Virus record (IMG/VR): IMGVR_UViG_3300029798_000001
Strand: one strand, 5' to 3'
Source: a virus
Lineage: Duplodnaviria > Caudoviricetes
Length of the DNA: 64,000 nt
In this document: positions 9,084 through 18,921 of the stretch, in pieces
Position numbering within the stretch: position 1 is the stretch's first letter
Layout: every line of letters starts with the position of its first letter
Program-made: the position numbers and the translations under genes
Notes under the pieces: generated by a model
Told to the model about the DNA's origin: nothing
The model's input: only the letters and a program-made list of their open reading frames with translations
Databases searched by the model: none

Positions 9084-10055
9084 ATGAACTATCTTGTAAT
9101 ATATCCCGGCCGTTTTCACCCTTTTCATCGCGGACATCTAGCCAGCTACGAGTATCTGACTAAAAAATATGGGCCAGAAAATGTCTATATTGCTACTAGC
9201 GATGTACAAGCACCGATTACCAGTCCGTTTAGTTATAGCGATAAAGTAGCGATGATGACTAAGTTGGGTATCCCTGCTAGTCATATTGTGCTAGTTAAAA
9301 ATCCCTATCAGCCAAAAGAAATAACAGATAATTTGCCGGTGGAAGCAAAGAACGATACAGCATTAATATTTGCAGTCAGTGCCAAAGATGGAGATAGATT
9401 TACATTTGGTACTAAAAAGAATGGCGAGCCTAGTTACATTCAACCATTACCAGAAAATCTTAAACAATTACAACCGTTAACTAAACACGCTTATGTTGAT
9501 GTAACTCCTACAGTTAATTTTAAAATCCGAGGAGTAGATGCTAACAGTGCCAGCGAAGTCCGCAAAATGTATCTTAAAGGTAGCGACGCAGACCGTGATC
9601 AAATCATAACAGAATTATACGGTACATATTATCCAGAACTACGAGATATATTTGATAAAAAACTAGGCGTCACAGAACGGGCACAAGGATTTATTAAAGA
9701 AGCCCGTGCTAGTCGTCATCCTTGTGCTGTAATAATCCTGGAAAAAATGTTGCATTTAGAGCGCCTAGCATTAAACGAATATAACGGTATGGCAGAAGGT
9801 GAAGTGATACCCTTTCCTGGAAAAGCTATTCCGCCCGACTTAGACCAAGCACAAAAATTAGCCCGTGAATTAATTGATGCTGCCTACAATGGCCACGGTG
9901 ATCCTGGTCAAAAAACGGCAGATATACGGCAACAATTACAACGCATGGGTTATAGAGTCCGTGGTGCTGGGCGTGGATTTGAACTGGTAAATGATCGATA
10001 TACATTTAAGCAGTTAATTAAGCCCTTTGATTATCTCGAAGAAAAAAAGCATTAA
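9084..10055 (+). CDS. HxGH-family (cytidylyltransferase-like) nucleotidyltransferase with appended C-terminal module
   Basis: PGRFHPFHRGH motif; internal GMAE|G linker near 9786; TAAATA at 9071. Confidence 0.75.
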   Translation: MNYLVIYPGRFHPFHRGHLASYEYLTKKYGPENVYIATSDVQAPITSPFSYSDKVAMMTKLGIPASHIVLVKNPYQPKEITDNLPVEAKNDTALIFAVSAKDGDRFTFGTKKNGEPSYIQPLPENLKQLQPLTKHAYVDVTPTVNFKIRGVDANSASEVRKMYLKGSDADRDQIITELYGTYYPELRDIFDKKLGVTERAQGFIKEARASRHPCAVIILEKMLHLERLALNEYNGMAEGEVIPFPGKAIPPDLDQAQKLARELIDAAYNGHGDPGQKTADIRQQLQRMGYRVRGAGRGFELVNDRYTFKQLIKPFDYLEEKKH

Positions 10056-10116
10056 CAAAATTTTAGCTATCCTGTAAACTAGTGTAAATATTCTACATTT
10101 TACATAAAAGGAAATC

Positions 10117-11022
10117 ATGGCTGAAAAAGACGCAGTACCAACAACACAAACCCCACAAATTAATCAAGTAACCGAAACACCACAACCTGGTGCTAATCAA
10201 ATTCAGGTCAATGTTGATTTTCTAAAAACCACACGAGTTCATATATGTATGCCATGTTACGGGGGCATGCTCACAGAGTCATGCTTTATGAGCTATATTA
10301 AATGGTCCAATGTTTGCCGTCAATTGGGTATTGATTGGACTATGGAAACAATGACTAACGAAAGTCTTATTTCTCGTGCCCGTAATACACTTACTGCTAA
10401 ATTTCTGCATAATAAAGATTCTACACACCTAATGTTTATTGATGCCGATATTGGTTGGGAGCCATGGCATTTGTTAGCCATGTTAAACCGCGATGTGGAT
10501 GTTATTGGTGGATTATACCCAATGAAATCCCTGCCAGTTAAGTGGTGTGTTAATGGCTTTGAAGGTGCCGAAGAAGGCCCAGATGGCCTACAAGAAGTTA
10601 CTAAAACTGGTACAGGATTCTTGTTGATCAAGCGTGATGTATTCTCTAAGTTAGATGCACATCCGGCAGTTAAACCGTTTATGAATGATATTGGATTACC
10701 AGCAGAACTTAATCCGTTTATGAAAACTTACTTCGACACAGCAGTCCGTGAAAATCGCTACTACAGCGAAGATTGGACATTCTGCGAAAACTTCAGGGAT
10801 ATTGGTGGTAAGATTTGGGTAGACAAGCGTATTCTGCTCAGGCACACAGGTACCTATGTATTTGACTTTGCTACCCAGGATCAACTCTACAAAGATCTCC
10901 ATGTATTGGCCTTGGCAAATGGCGCGGCATTACCGGGTGCTGGCGGAGTAGCAGCACCAGTTGATGTACCGGCTGTACCCGCAGCTAAAGTATTAGCATC
11001 AAGTAAAAAGAAAAAGAAGTAA
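10117..11022 (+). CDS. GT-A fold glycosyltransferase-like protein
   Basis: MPCYGG, ISRARN, MFIDADIGW (DxD) and SEDWTFC motifs. Confidence 0.7.
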   Translation: MAEKDAVPTTQTPQINQVTETPQPGANQIQVNVDFLKTTRVHICMPCYGGMLTESCFMSYIKWSNVCRQLGIDWTMETMTNESLISRARNTLTAKFLHNKDSTHLMFIDADIGWEPWHLLAMLNRDVDVIGGLYPMKSLPVKWCVNGFEGAEEGPDGLQEVTKTGTGFLLIKRDVFSKLDAHPAVKPFMNDIGLPAELNPFMKTYFDTAVRENRYYSEDWTFCENFRDIGGKIWVDKRILLRHTGTYVFDFATQDQLYKDLHVLALANGAALPGAGGVAAPVDVPAVPAAKVLASSKKKKK

Positions 11023-11044
11023 TTAGTAATCCTGCTATTATACA

Positions 11045-11070
11045 AGAGCCGCTATCTAAGCGGCTTTTGT
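11045..11070 (+). terminator. Intrinsic terminator
   Basis: AGCCGC-TATCTAA-GCGGCT followed by a T-run. Confidence 0.7.
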
Positions 11071-11090
11071 TTATCCGGTAAATACATACT

Positions 11091-14000
11091 ATGAATATTC
11101 AAGAATTGGATTCCTACAACCTTGGCGATGCTGTTAAGTTTAACAAGAAGTTAAACCCTCGGCTGTGGGGCAAAGACGAACATTTACTGCCGGAAGTGCG
11201 CGATCATCTATTAAAAATAGCCGATGATTTCCGCGAGTTCCTTGGAGTGACCGACCTACAACTAAAAGATATTACTATAAGTGGTTCAAATGCTGCCTAC
11301 ACCTATACTCCACATTCCGACATTGATCTACATTTAGTTGTAGATTTACCCGAAGCAGATGGGTCGGAAGTTTACCGTGAATTATTCGATGCCAAAAAGT
11401 ACCAATATAATGATATGCACCATATTAAAATTGGTGGATATGACATTGAAGTGTATGTACAAGATGCTAACAAGCCACATCGCAGTCAAGGTATCTATTC
11501 TATATTAAACAACCGATGGGTCGATGTACCTAAGCGTCGTCGACCCGAAGTAGATGACATCAGTATACGCAGTAAGTATGAAGATTTAAACCATCGTATT
11601 GAAGACGCGATTAAATCTAATAACCCCGACACAATAGGTGCATTGGCAAAAAAGATCAGCGATCTAAGACAAGCGGGCCTAGATGAACATGGCGAGTTTG
11701 GTCCAGAAAATCTAGCATTTAAAATGTTGCGTAGCCAGGGCATCATACAAAAATTATACGATGCTCGCAATGCCGCCAAAGATCACGAACTAAGTCTTAA
11801 AGAAAAAGCACCTCCAACAAGAGTTACATATGGATTTAAGACTCCGACTGTGGTAGAAGATGTTGGCATGTCGTGGGATGGCGTTAGCCCTAGTACTAAG
11901 ATGTTCCTAAGTGAAACAGAGTCAGACGAAGAAATACTTAAAGACTTTATTGAATTTTGCGTTAAAGAATTAAAAATTGAAAAGATGCCCGCGATCAAGT
12001 TGCGTAAAGATCCGCAATGGCCAGTGGTACACAAAACATTTGGTCGTTATATAAATGACCGGCACTTATTAGAAGTAGCCTGGGGTTCCCGCCATATTAT
12101 GGATGTACTACGCACTGTAGCCCACGAACTTACACATCGTCATCAACACGAGCGTGATGGCAACCGCATGGGACCCGAAGCTGGTGAAACTGGTAGTCCA
12201 TGGGAAAACGAAGCCAATGCCCGTGCCGGCGTACTAATGCGTGACTATGCTAGACTACATCCTGACTATTTTGCTGTAGGACAAGCCCAAGGCTTACACG
12301 CCGATGAGGTAACAGAAGCTTCTGTTATACAAAATCGTTTGCCGCCTAAGTTGGTAATAGGCGGCTATACATTTGTTCTTAATCCAACTACCCGCAATGT
12401 TACTGTTACTCATGGTGGCAAACCTTTTACTACCTACCATTATACTGGACTTAACAACTACGAATCATATGCAGATATTGCTTATCGTAAAATAGATCAA
12501 ACCAAATCAAGCGAGTTGGCAGATATAGCTAAAAGAGATCGTGCCAGCCCCACAGCGGCTCAACGTAGTTTTGAATACCCAACTGATTCCAGATATCAAG
12601 TTGCCATGCCCAATCAAGATCTTGACCAACTATATCGTCAGCACGATCAAGCAACAGCGCAACACGGAATCGTGGGCGGCATTACAGATTTTGGCAAATA
12701 CAGTTCCTTGGCCAAACGACGTAGACAGGCCGCACAAGCACAGGCCGACGAAGTTAAAGAAGCCAATCCAAATCAACAGTTGTCTTTGTATCGACCTGAT
12801 GGCACCACATACCGTGGTGAAAAAATGCCAGTGTTAGATCCAAACGATTTCCACAGTGACACCAATCCTCGAAAGCGTGTTGATCAAGTTACCCATCAAG
12901 ACTTAGCCAACAGGACTGCACCTGACCTGGTGGATCCTATTGAGCGGACTGAACGCAAGATTGACTTGGACCGATTAAAAAATGTAATTCGTGCCAACAT
13001 GAAAGATCTACTGTCAACTGAAACAGCAGTATTAAACATGCGTTACTGGAAAGACTTGACCTTGGAACAAACTGCACAAGCTCTGGGACTCACTCCTGAG
13101 CGTGTAAGACAAATAGAAGCCAAGGCCTTGAGAAAATTGCGGCATTTTTCCAAGAGCGATCAATTAAAACCGTTTGTAGAACCGCGGCTCACATGGCCAG
13201 GCATAAAAGAAGCTGTGGGCTACATTCCTACCGCGGCAGAAAAAAATGATCCTAGATTCAGCATGGCACTTACACAGGATATCCGTCCAGGACAACTAGG
13301 CAAAGAAGCAAACAAATTAAAATTAAAAACCAACAGTCAAGGCCAGCCGCAGATAGCTAATCCCAATGGCCTGTTTGAGAAATTAGCACTAGAGTTAGCA
13401 CAATTTAAAACGGTATCAGAGTCAGTAGAACAGTTAGACGAAGTGCGTATGGCTCCTAGCAACCTAATGCAGTGGGCCACCAGTCCAGAAGCCAAAGGCG
13501 TCCGTGCTGGTTTTGAAGCAGAGTTAATTTTCCGTGACACACAGCGTGATGATGACGAAGACTATGAAATGGAACCCGACTATGATCAAGATGAGCGTTG
13601 CCGTAGTATCAGTCAAGTAATAGACTTTTTTGGCGGTGGTGACTATGGCATGAGTAGTCGTGCATTAAACCGATTGCAGGAACAACTAGATGAAGCCTAC
13701 ATGGAGTGGCTTGATGAACAAATGATCTCTGACTTCAAACACGAAGCCGAAGATTTAATTCGTAAAGTATTAGTTGACGAAGGCGATTGGGATCTTGACA
13801 ACGAAATACAAAAGCAGTTGGCATTGATAGACGACCTAACAGATGACCAAATGAATGCTATTATACAAGCTGGCGAGCGGGCTCCTAAGTTTACAAGCAG
13901 TAAAGAAAAGGTATTATACGCAGAAGCTAATCCGTTATATGAAAAGTATTTAGATGCACAAGAAGAAGCCGAAGACCTGTTAGATGAGTTAGTTCAAGAT

Positions 14001-15851
14001 CATCTTAAAGCACAAGATGGTATTTACGATGCTGCCCTAGATGATTTCCGCGACAATTATTACATTGATGATGATAGTGGGTTTTTTGACGATGCCGGCC
14101 TACGATATATGAGTGACATAGCCAATAACTATGATGCAGAATGGCCCTACATGACCGGCGGTAATTCAGGCTCTGGCAGTCGTGATTGGGATAGCCTTAA
14201 AGATAGTTTAGAAAATACTATTGATATGCCAGTTAAAGTTAGCTCGGGCTATCACAATGCCACACGCAAAGAAGGTTTATGGATTATTGAACCTGATTCA
14301 AGCCTAACACCCGATGACTCCGATGACATGGGACTAGAAATCGTAAGTCCACCTATGCCACTATTGATGGCCCTGGAAAAATTACAAGCAGTCACAGACT
14401 GGGCCAACAGCGATACGGGCAATGCCTACACTAATAGTTCAACTGGCCTACACATGGGCGTTAGTGTTCCATTTAAAGGTGGTGATGTTGACTATCTTAA
14501 ACTAATCCTGTTCCTAGGTGACGAATATGTATTACAGAAGTTTGGTCGCGAAGCCAATACCTACTGTAAATCAGCTATGAGCAAGTTTAAAGAAAATATC
14601 AAAGGTGGTCGTGCTGACCCAGCAGGTGCGCTAAAACTCATGCAACACGGCCTACTTGAACTGGCACATAAAGAAATACAAAAAGGTGTAGGCGATGGCA
14701 AGTATACTTCGGCACATATACAAAACGGCTATATTGAATTCCGTAGTCCAGGTGGTGATTGGTTAGCTGAAGAGTCGGCTGACCCAGAAGTATTACAAAA
14801 CACTATGTTGCGTTTTGCCCGTGCTATGAGTCTTGCCGCTAACCCCAGTGAAGAACGCAGAGAATATGCCAAGAAGTTATACAAGTTAATTGCTCCTGAA
14901 GGTGACAGCGAGTTTGCATTGTTTAGTCAGTTTGCCGCGGGCGAACTCTCAGCAGAACAACTTAAGAAGCGTTGGGCTGAAAAGACCATCGGCACTGAAA
15001 AGAAAATGAATCAGCGTTGGCAATTATTCCAATTTGATAAGATTGCTGACCAATGGTTGCCAGTTCCCGGGCAGAGCTATAATGGCTACTCCGAAGATGA
15101 AGTTAAAAATAGAATATGGAGTAAGTTTGGGCGTGAAGCACTAGACTCCGGCGAATACGAACTACGCAACATGAGTGAAGACCAGCAGTGGGAAGTCTAC
15201 GATGTAAACACTGGTGAGACACTTGAGATTGTTGCAGGTAAGAACAAGGGCGAAGTAGCCGACAAAGTCTACGACAAGTATGCGGAGCAGGGAATTGGAT
15301 TTAATGTTCGACCATACGAAGATCCGGCAACAATGACTCCTCGTGCCAAGTTGGCCAAGCGTATTGCAACCAAGAAACCAGAACCGCAAAAACCTGCACA
15401 GGCTACAAACGAACGCGGTGTTCCTTATTGGGAAGTATATGAACTTGAAACTGGACATGTTGTCCATACTTTACTAAGCGACGATCTACCAGACGCTGTC
15501 ACAGACGCATACAATTGGCTGACTAGCATTGGTGCTGAACAACCAGACCTGTTTAAAGTGCGTCCTAAAATGAATGCCGACACTCCGGTCAAAGACATTG
15601 CACCCGATGTTGCTCAGAACTTTGGAGACGATTCAATGGCCGCCTACGAGAGGAACAGTGATCGCATTGATGCTATCAGAGCCGGACAAAATGCTACAGA
15701 CAGAGTAGGGTCCTGGAGCATATACGATGTTACCTTGGGGCGTGAAATCAGCAGAATGACCGATGTTCCGTGGCAAGAAGCCAGTGATCGTGCCGACATG
15801 CTCGAACGCAGTACTGGACATAATATGTCGGTCAGAGGGTTATCAGCATGA
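11091..15851 (+). CDS. 1586-aa multidomain polyprotein: Pol-beta-type nucleotidyltransferase, HExxH peptidase, sigma70 region 4 HTH, amidoligase, C-terminal repeats
   Basis: SGSN...SDIDL; HELTH...ENEANA; LTLEQTAQALGLTPERVRQIEAKALRKL; EPDSSL/GLEIVSPP/STGLHM/IEFRSPG; TAAATA at 11079. Confidence 0.8.
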   Translation: MNIQELDSYNLGDAVKFNKKLNPRLWGKDEHLLPEVRDHLLKIADDFREFLGVTDLQLKDITISGSNAAYTYTPHSDIDLHLVVDLPEADGSEVYRELFDAKKYQYNDMHHIKIGGYDIEVYVQDANKPHRSQGIYSILNNRWVDVPKRRRPEVDDISIRSKYEDLNHRIEDAIKSNNPDTIGALAKKISDLRQAGLDEHGEFGPENLAFKMLRSQGIIQKLYDARNAAKDHELSLKEKAPPTRVTYGFKTPTVVEDVGMSWDGVSPSTKMFLSETESDEEILKDFIEFCVKELKIEKMPAIKLRKDPQWPVVHKTFGRYINDRHLLEVAWGSRHIMDVLRTVAHELTHRHQHERDGNRMGPEAGETGSPWENEANARAGVLMRDYARLHPDYFAVGQAQGLHADEVTEASVIQNRLPPKLVIGGYTFVLNPTTRNVTVTHGGKPFTTYHYTGLNNYESYADIAYRKIDQTKSSELADIAKRDRASPTAAQRSFEYPTDSRYQVAMPNQDLDQLYRQHDQATAQHGIVGGITDFGKYSSLAKRRRQAAQAQADEVKEANPNQQLSLYRPDGTTYRGEKMPVLDPNDFHSDTNPRKRVDQVTHQDLANRTAPDLVDPIERTERKIDLDRLKNVIRANMKDLLSTETAVLNMRYWKDLTLEQTAQALGLTPERVRQIEAKALRKLRHFSKSDQLKPFVEPRLTWPGIKEAVGYIPTAAEKNDPRFSMALTQDIRPGQLGKEANKLKLKTNSQGQPQIANPNGLFEKLALELAQFKTVSESVEQLDEVRMAPSNLMQWATSPEAKGVRAGFEAELIFRDTQRDDDEDYEMEPDYDQDERCRSISQVIDFFGGGDYGMSSRALNRLQEQLDEAYMEWLDEQMISDFKHEAEDLIRKVLVDEGDWDLDNEIQKQLALIDDLTDDQMNAIIQAGERAPKFTSSKEKVLYAEANPLYEKYLDAQEEAEDLLDELVQDHLKAQDGIYDAALDDFRDNYYIDDDSGFFDDAGLRYMSDIANNYDAEWPYMTGGNSGSGSRDWDSLKDSLENTIDMPVKVSSGYHNATRKEGLWIIEPDSSLTPDDSDDMGLEIVSPPMPLLMALEKLQAVTDWANSDTGNAYTNSSTGLHMGVSVPFKGGDVDYLKLILFLGDEYVLQKFGREANTYCKSAMSKFKENIKGGRADPAGALKLMQHGLLELAHKEIQKGVGDGKYTSAHIQNGYIEFRSPGGDWLAEESADPEVLQNTMLRFARAMSLAANPSEERREYAKKLYKLIAPEGDSEFALFSQFAAGELSAEQLKKRWAEKTIGTEKKMNQRWQLFQFDKIADQWLPVPGQSYNGYSEDEVKNRIWSKFGREALDSGEYELRNMSEDQQWEVYDVNTGETLEIVAGKNKGEVADKVYDKYAEQGIGFNVRPYEDPATMTPRAKLAKRIATKKPEPQKPAQATNERGVPYWEVYELETGHVVHTLLSDDLPDAVTDAYNWLTSIGAEQPDLFKVRPKMNADTPVKDIAPDVAQNFGDDSMAAYERNSDRIDAIRAGQNATDRVGSWSIYDVTLGREISRMTDVPWQEASDRADMLERSTGHNMSVRGLSA

Positions 15852-16807
15852 GAGCCCAAGAGTTTATCTTTGAAGAGTATCAACCGAAGCCTGCAACATT
15901 TGCCGACGGTACTCTTAAGCTGAGCCGTCATTTGTTGACTCGTAGTGCCCAGAGAGAAATTTCCATGCCAGATATAATGGCAGTACTACAACGACTCGAA
16001 GCATTGCGTGGCAAAGATCTACGGCAGTTACCCCCAACTGGTTTTATCGTTAAAACACCAAATGATTTTGAATTGGCTATAATTAAAAGCCAGGATATCA
16101 ATACTAAAAAAATAGAATATGTAGTAGCAACAGTTCGTAAACGATTAACACCTAGCCCAGGCCAACGAATTATATATTTAGAAGATCAAGTAGACGAAGG
16201 CTGGCGAGATGTAGCTGCTGGTGTTGCTACGGCTGGAGCACTGGCTCTAGGATCTCCACAGGCTGATGCTAAAGCTATGCCCGGGCCAGGCCCGTCAATA
16301 CAAGCGCAAGCGGCAATGACACCCGTAGACAAATTACGAACTGCCGCAAAGGCCAATGGCATTCAAGGCACAGAGTTAGCACAATTCCTAGCACAGTGCG
16401 CCCACGAAAGTGCCGATTTTAATAGCATGGAAGAACATGGTGATTCCAATTACTTTGCCAAAAAATACGATCCTAATTATGCTCCAAAGACAGCCAGGAT
16501 ACTGGGCAACACACAAGTTGGTGACGGTGAACGCTACAAGGGCCGTGGCTTTATACAACTAACTGGCCGTGACAATTATACCCGAGCCGGGAAGGCATTG
16601 AACTTACCATTGGCGGATAATCCAGCACTAGCAGCTCGTCCAGATGTTGCCGCTGTGATAGCTGTATGGTATTGGAAGAATCGTGTGGCCAGTAAAGTAA
16701 AGAATTTCCACAACACTCGACAGGTAACCCGTGCTATCAATCCTGCGGCTAAAGGCCTACAATCACGGAAGGATCAATTTAAAGCATATCAGGTGGCCCA
16801 ACGATGA
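15848..16807 (+). CDS. Two-module protein: small RNase-like (BECR/DUF4258-like) module plus GH19 lysozyme
   Basis: AQFLAQCAHES and YKGRGFIQLTGRDNY (GH19, strong); N-module HLLTRSAQREI (weak). Confidence 0.75.
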   Translation: MRAQEFIFEEYQPKPATFADGTLKLSRHLLTRSAQREISMPDIMAVLQRLEALRGKDLRQLPPTGFIVKTPNDFELAIIKSQDINTKKIEYVVATVRKRLTPSPGQRIIYLEDQVDEGWRDVAAGVATAGALALGSPQADAKAMPGPGPSIQAQAAMTPVDKLRTAAKANGIQGTELAQFLAQCAHESADFNSMEEHGDSNYFAKKYDPNYAPKTARILGNTQVGDGERYKGRGFIQLTGRDNYTRAGKALNLPLADNPALAARPDVAAVIAVWYWKNRVASKVKNFHNTRQVTRAINPAAKGLQSRKDQFKAYQVAQR

Positions 16808-17409
16808 GATTATACGAAATAGCCCGCATACCACAAAGCGAACTAGGTGACTGGGGCGATAAGGATACACTTGAGCCAATGACTACTCCGCCCAAGAATC
16901 GTCGACCCCTACCCGGTGGTAGTGGCTACACTTATGCTGTAAACCGAGGCGATCCCGAGTTTATGGAGATTATGATTTTTGAAGGTGACACATTGGCCGC
17001 AGAACTAGATTTATTTGCCACTCTTGACCCGTTAAAGACCTGGCGTGTCGAAACTGTAATAACCGATCCAGACTATCGTGGCAAGGGTTTAGGCAAAGCC
17101 TTGTATGGTATTGCTCTTAACATACTTAAACTTACAATTGAAGCCGGAGAAACACAGACCAAATTTGGACAACAGATGTGGCTTATGTTAAGCAGTATTC
17201 CCGGAGTAGAAGTCCTGGGTTATGCTATGGAATCAACTGATAGGTATCGTCCAAGACCGGGCGATCAAGTGGTAGATAAAAATGATACCTGGACTCGCTA
17301 TACATTCCCTGTAGAGCCCGGACGGCGTAGCATGCGTAGTACACGCCGCGGAACTGGCATTTATAGTAGTCAGTACGTTAGCATGATAGCAAAGTGGACA
17401 GGCCAATGA
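16804..17409 (+). CDS. GNAT-family acetyltransferase
   Basis: Motif A VITDPDYRGKGLGKALY. Confidence 0.75.
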   Translation: MRLYEIARIPQSELGDWGDKDTLEPMTTPPKNRRPLPGGSGYTYAVNRGDPEFMEIMIFEGDTLAAELDLFATLDPLKTWRVETVITDPDYRGKGLGKALYGIALNILKLTIEAGETQTKFGQQMWLMLSSIPGVEVLGYAMESTDRYRPRPGDQVVDKNDTWTRYTFPVEPGRRSMRSTRRGTGIYSSQYVSMIAKWTGQ

Positions 17410-17618
17410 GATTCCAAGAAATCCTCGAAGCTGTAAAAACCAACCCTGGTACAAATTATAAACTATGGGTGGCATCAGTTAAGATCAAACAACCTAACTA
17501 TGTGGGCTATATCGATGTCACTGCTACAGCTCCCAATATCCAAATAGCCCGTACACTAATGAAAGCCCAGTACGGTGTACAAGACTGGGAAATTGGCAGT
17601 ATCAAAGAAGTAAAATAA
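17406..17618 (+). CDS. Small protein with MRxxE(F/I) leader
   Basis: ATG at 17406 overlapping the upstream stop; MRFQEILE. Confidence 0.65.
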   Translation: MRFQEILEAVKTNPGTNYKLWVASVKIKQPNYVGYIDVTATAPNIQIARTLMKAQYGVQDWEIGSIKEVK

Positions 17619-17657
17619 GACTACATACCCACCAAGTAAAATTGCACTAAATACAGC

Positions 17658-17951
17658 ATGACCAAGCAATTTATCCGTTTGCTGTGTGATGTTGATTGTG
17701 AGTGGGAAAGTTTCCCACCCATATATCGTGCCTATGTCAACGACGAATTGTTTGCGGAACGCACCTGGCTGTGGACCGATTGTTATCTCGAAGAACTGTT
17801 TCAGATTGAAGCCGAGCCCGGTGAATACACTATACGCTATGAATTAGTTCCTCCACATCTGGCCCGGCTAACTGTGAAAAATATGCGTGTAGATCACGGC
17901 CCAGGAACCGTGGATAATAATGTATTAAGGATTACCAATGAGACTACATGA
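17658..17951 (+). CDS. Hypothetical protein
   Basis: TAAATA at 17648. Confidence 0.6.
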   Translation: MTKQFIRLLCDVDCEWESFPPIYRAYVNDELFAERTWLWTDCYLEELFQIEAEPGEYTIRYELVPPHLARLTVKNMRVDHGPGTVDNNVLRITNETT

Positions 17952-18150
17952 ATTTGTTGATTTAAAAGAAGACGGCGGTGCCAGCAGTGGAAGCACTTGT
18001 AGCGGCAGTATAGCCCCTGTAGTTACTGCGTTAGGCGGTACGATTAGTAGAAATAGCGGTAGTTTCTTTAGTGGAGTAAGCACCTCAGATCCGACCCCAA
18101 ACACACCTAAAAAATATAAAAAAAAATCTAGGTTTCAGAATAGTCTTTAA
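17938..18150 (+). CDS. Small G/S-rich protein with MRxxEF leader
   Basis: MRLHEFVDLKE; 3' end overlaps the convergent endonuclease gene. Confidence 0.55.
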   Translation: MRLHEFVDLKEDGGASSGSTCSGSIAPVVTALGGTISRNSGSFFSGVSTSDPTPNTPKKYKKKSRFQNSL

Positions 18151-18811
18151 CTATTTTCCAATCTTTATAGATTTCTCTTTTACCTTGTGCTAGTGCTCTT
18201 ATAGGGACTCTTCTAAGTTTTAATTTTTTGCTAAACTCGTAGGGAGTTTCTTTATATTCTTCTCCTGTTTTTTCGTTCTTAAAAACATAAAGGGTATGAT
18301 CATATCCGGGATTATTTTTTCCAATCTTAGATCTTGATCCAAATGTCTTTTTATAATCATCGGTAAAATATCGTCCTTTGGTCCATCCTGTTGGAATTTG
18401 GGTTGTTCCTTTGATCTTTTTGTTTTTACTGCCATTATTAATCCAAATAGTTCCATACATGGGATTATTTTTGCCAGCATTATTAATTACACATTTTTTC
18501 TTAAAGTCTTCTCCGCGATCACGACCCGCTACACCGCCAGGTCCACCGCCAGTTTCACGAATACGATTTGCCCAGGCTGGATCATTGACGATATTCCACA
18601 GATCGCTATAATAACGACCTGTTTGTTTCATTTCTTCTTTGTTTGTAGTTTCGAGTAGTATTTCGGTATTGACATCATACCCATATTCTTCTATATGAGT
18701 AGTCCAATCAACCCCAGATCCTTGGTATTTAAACGGATCTCTTTTTGTTTGTCCTAGGTATTGCAGACCTGTTTTGTTATGGGTCTTTTTGTAAAGGTAG
18801 TAAATACTCAT
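18128..18811 (-). mobile_element. Free-standing GIY-YIG (Seg-like) homing endonuclease, antisense
   Basis: YYLYKKTH...LQYLGQT...YQGSG; NUMOD-like GKNNPMYG and WINNG motifs; own TAAATA and GGAG RBS on the minus strand. Confidence 0.8.
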
Positions 18812-18874
18812 GCTGATTGCTCCTTCAAGCGTTAGAGTAGTTGGATATCCCCATATCGCGAACTACACATAAAC

Positions 18875-18893
18875 ATATTTATGGCATAAATAT
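18875..18893. promoter_or_regulatory. Back-to-back late promoters forming a perfect inverted repeat
   Basis: ATATTTATG-G-CATAAATAT gives CATAAATA on both strands, between the endonuclease (-) and dps (+). Confidence 0.7.
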
Positions 18894-18921
18894 AAAATAT
18901 AATAACATTAAAGGAACAGTT

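Noticed and set aside
18841-18921. N-terminal extension of Dps in the ORF track
   Set aside because: It spans the promoter palindrome; the RBS supports the GTG start at 18922.
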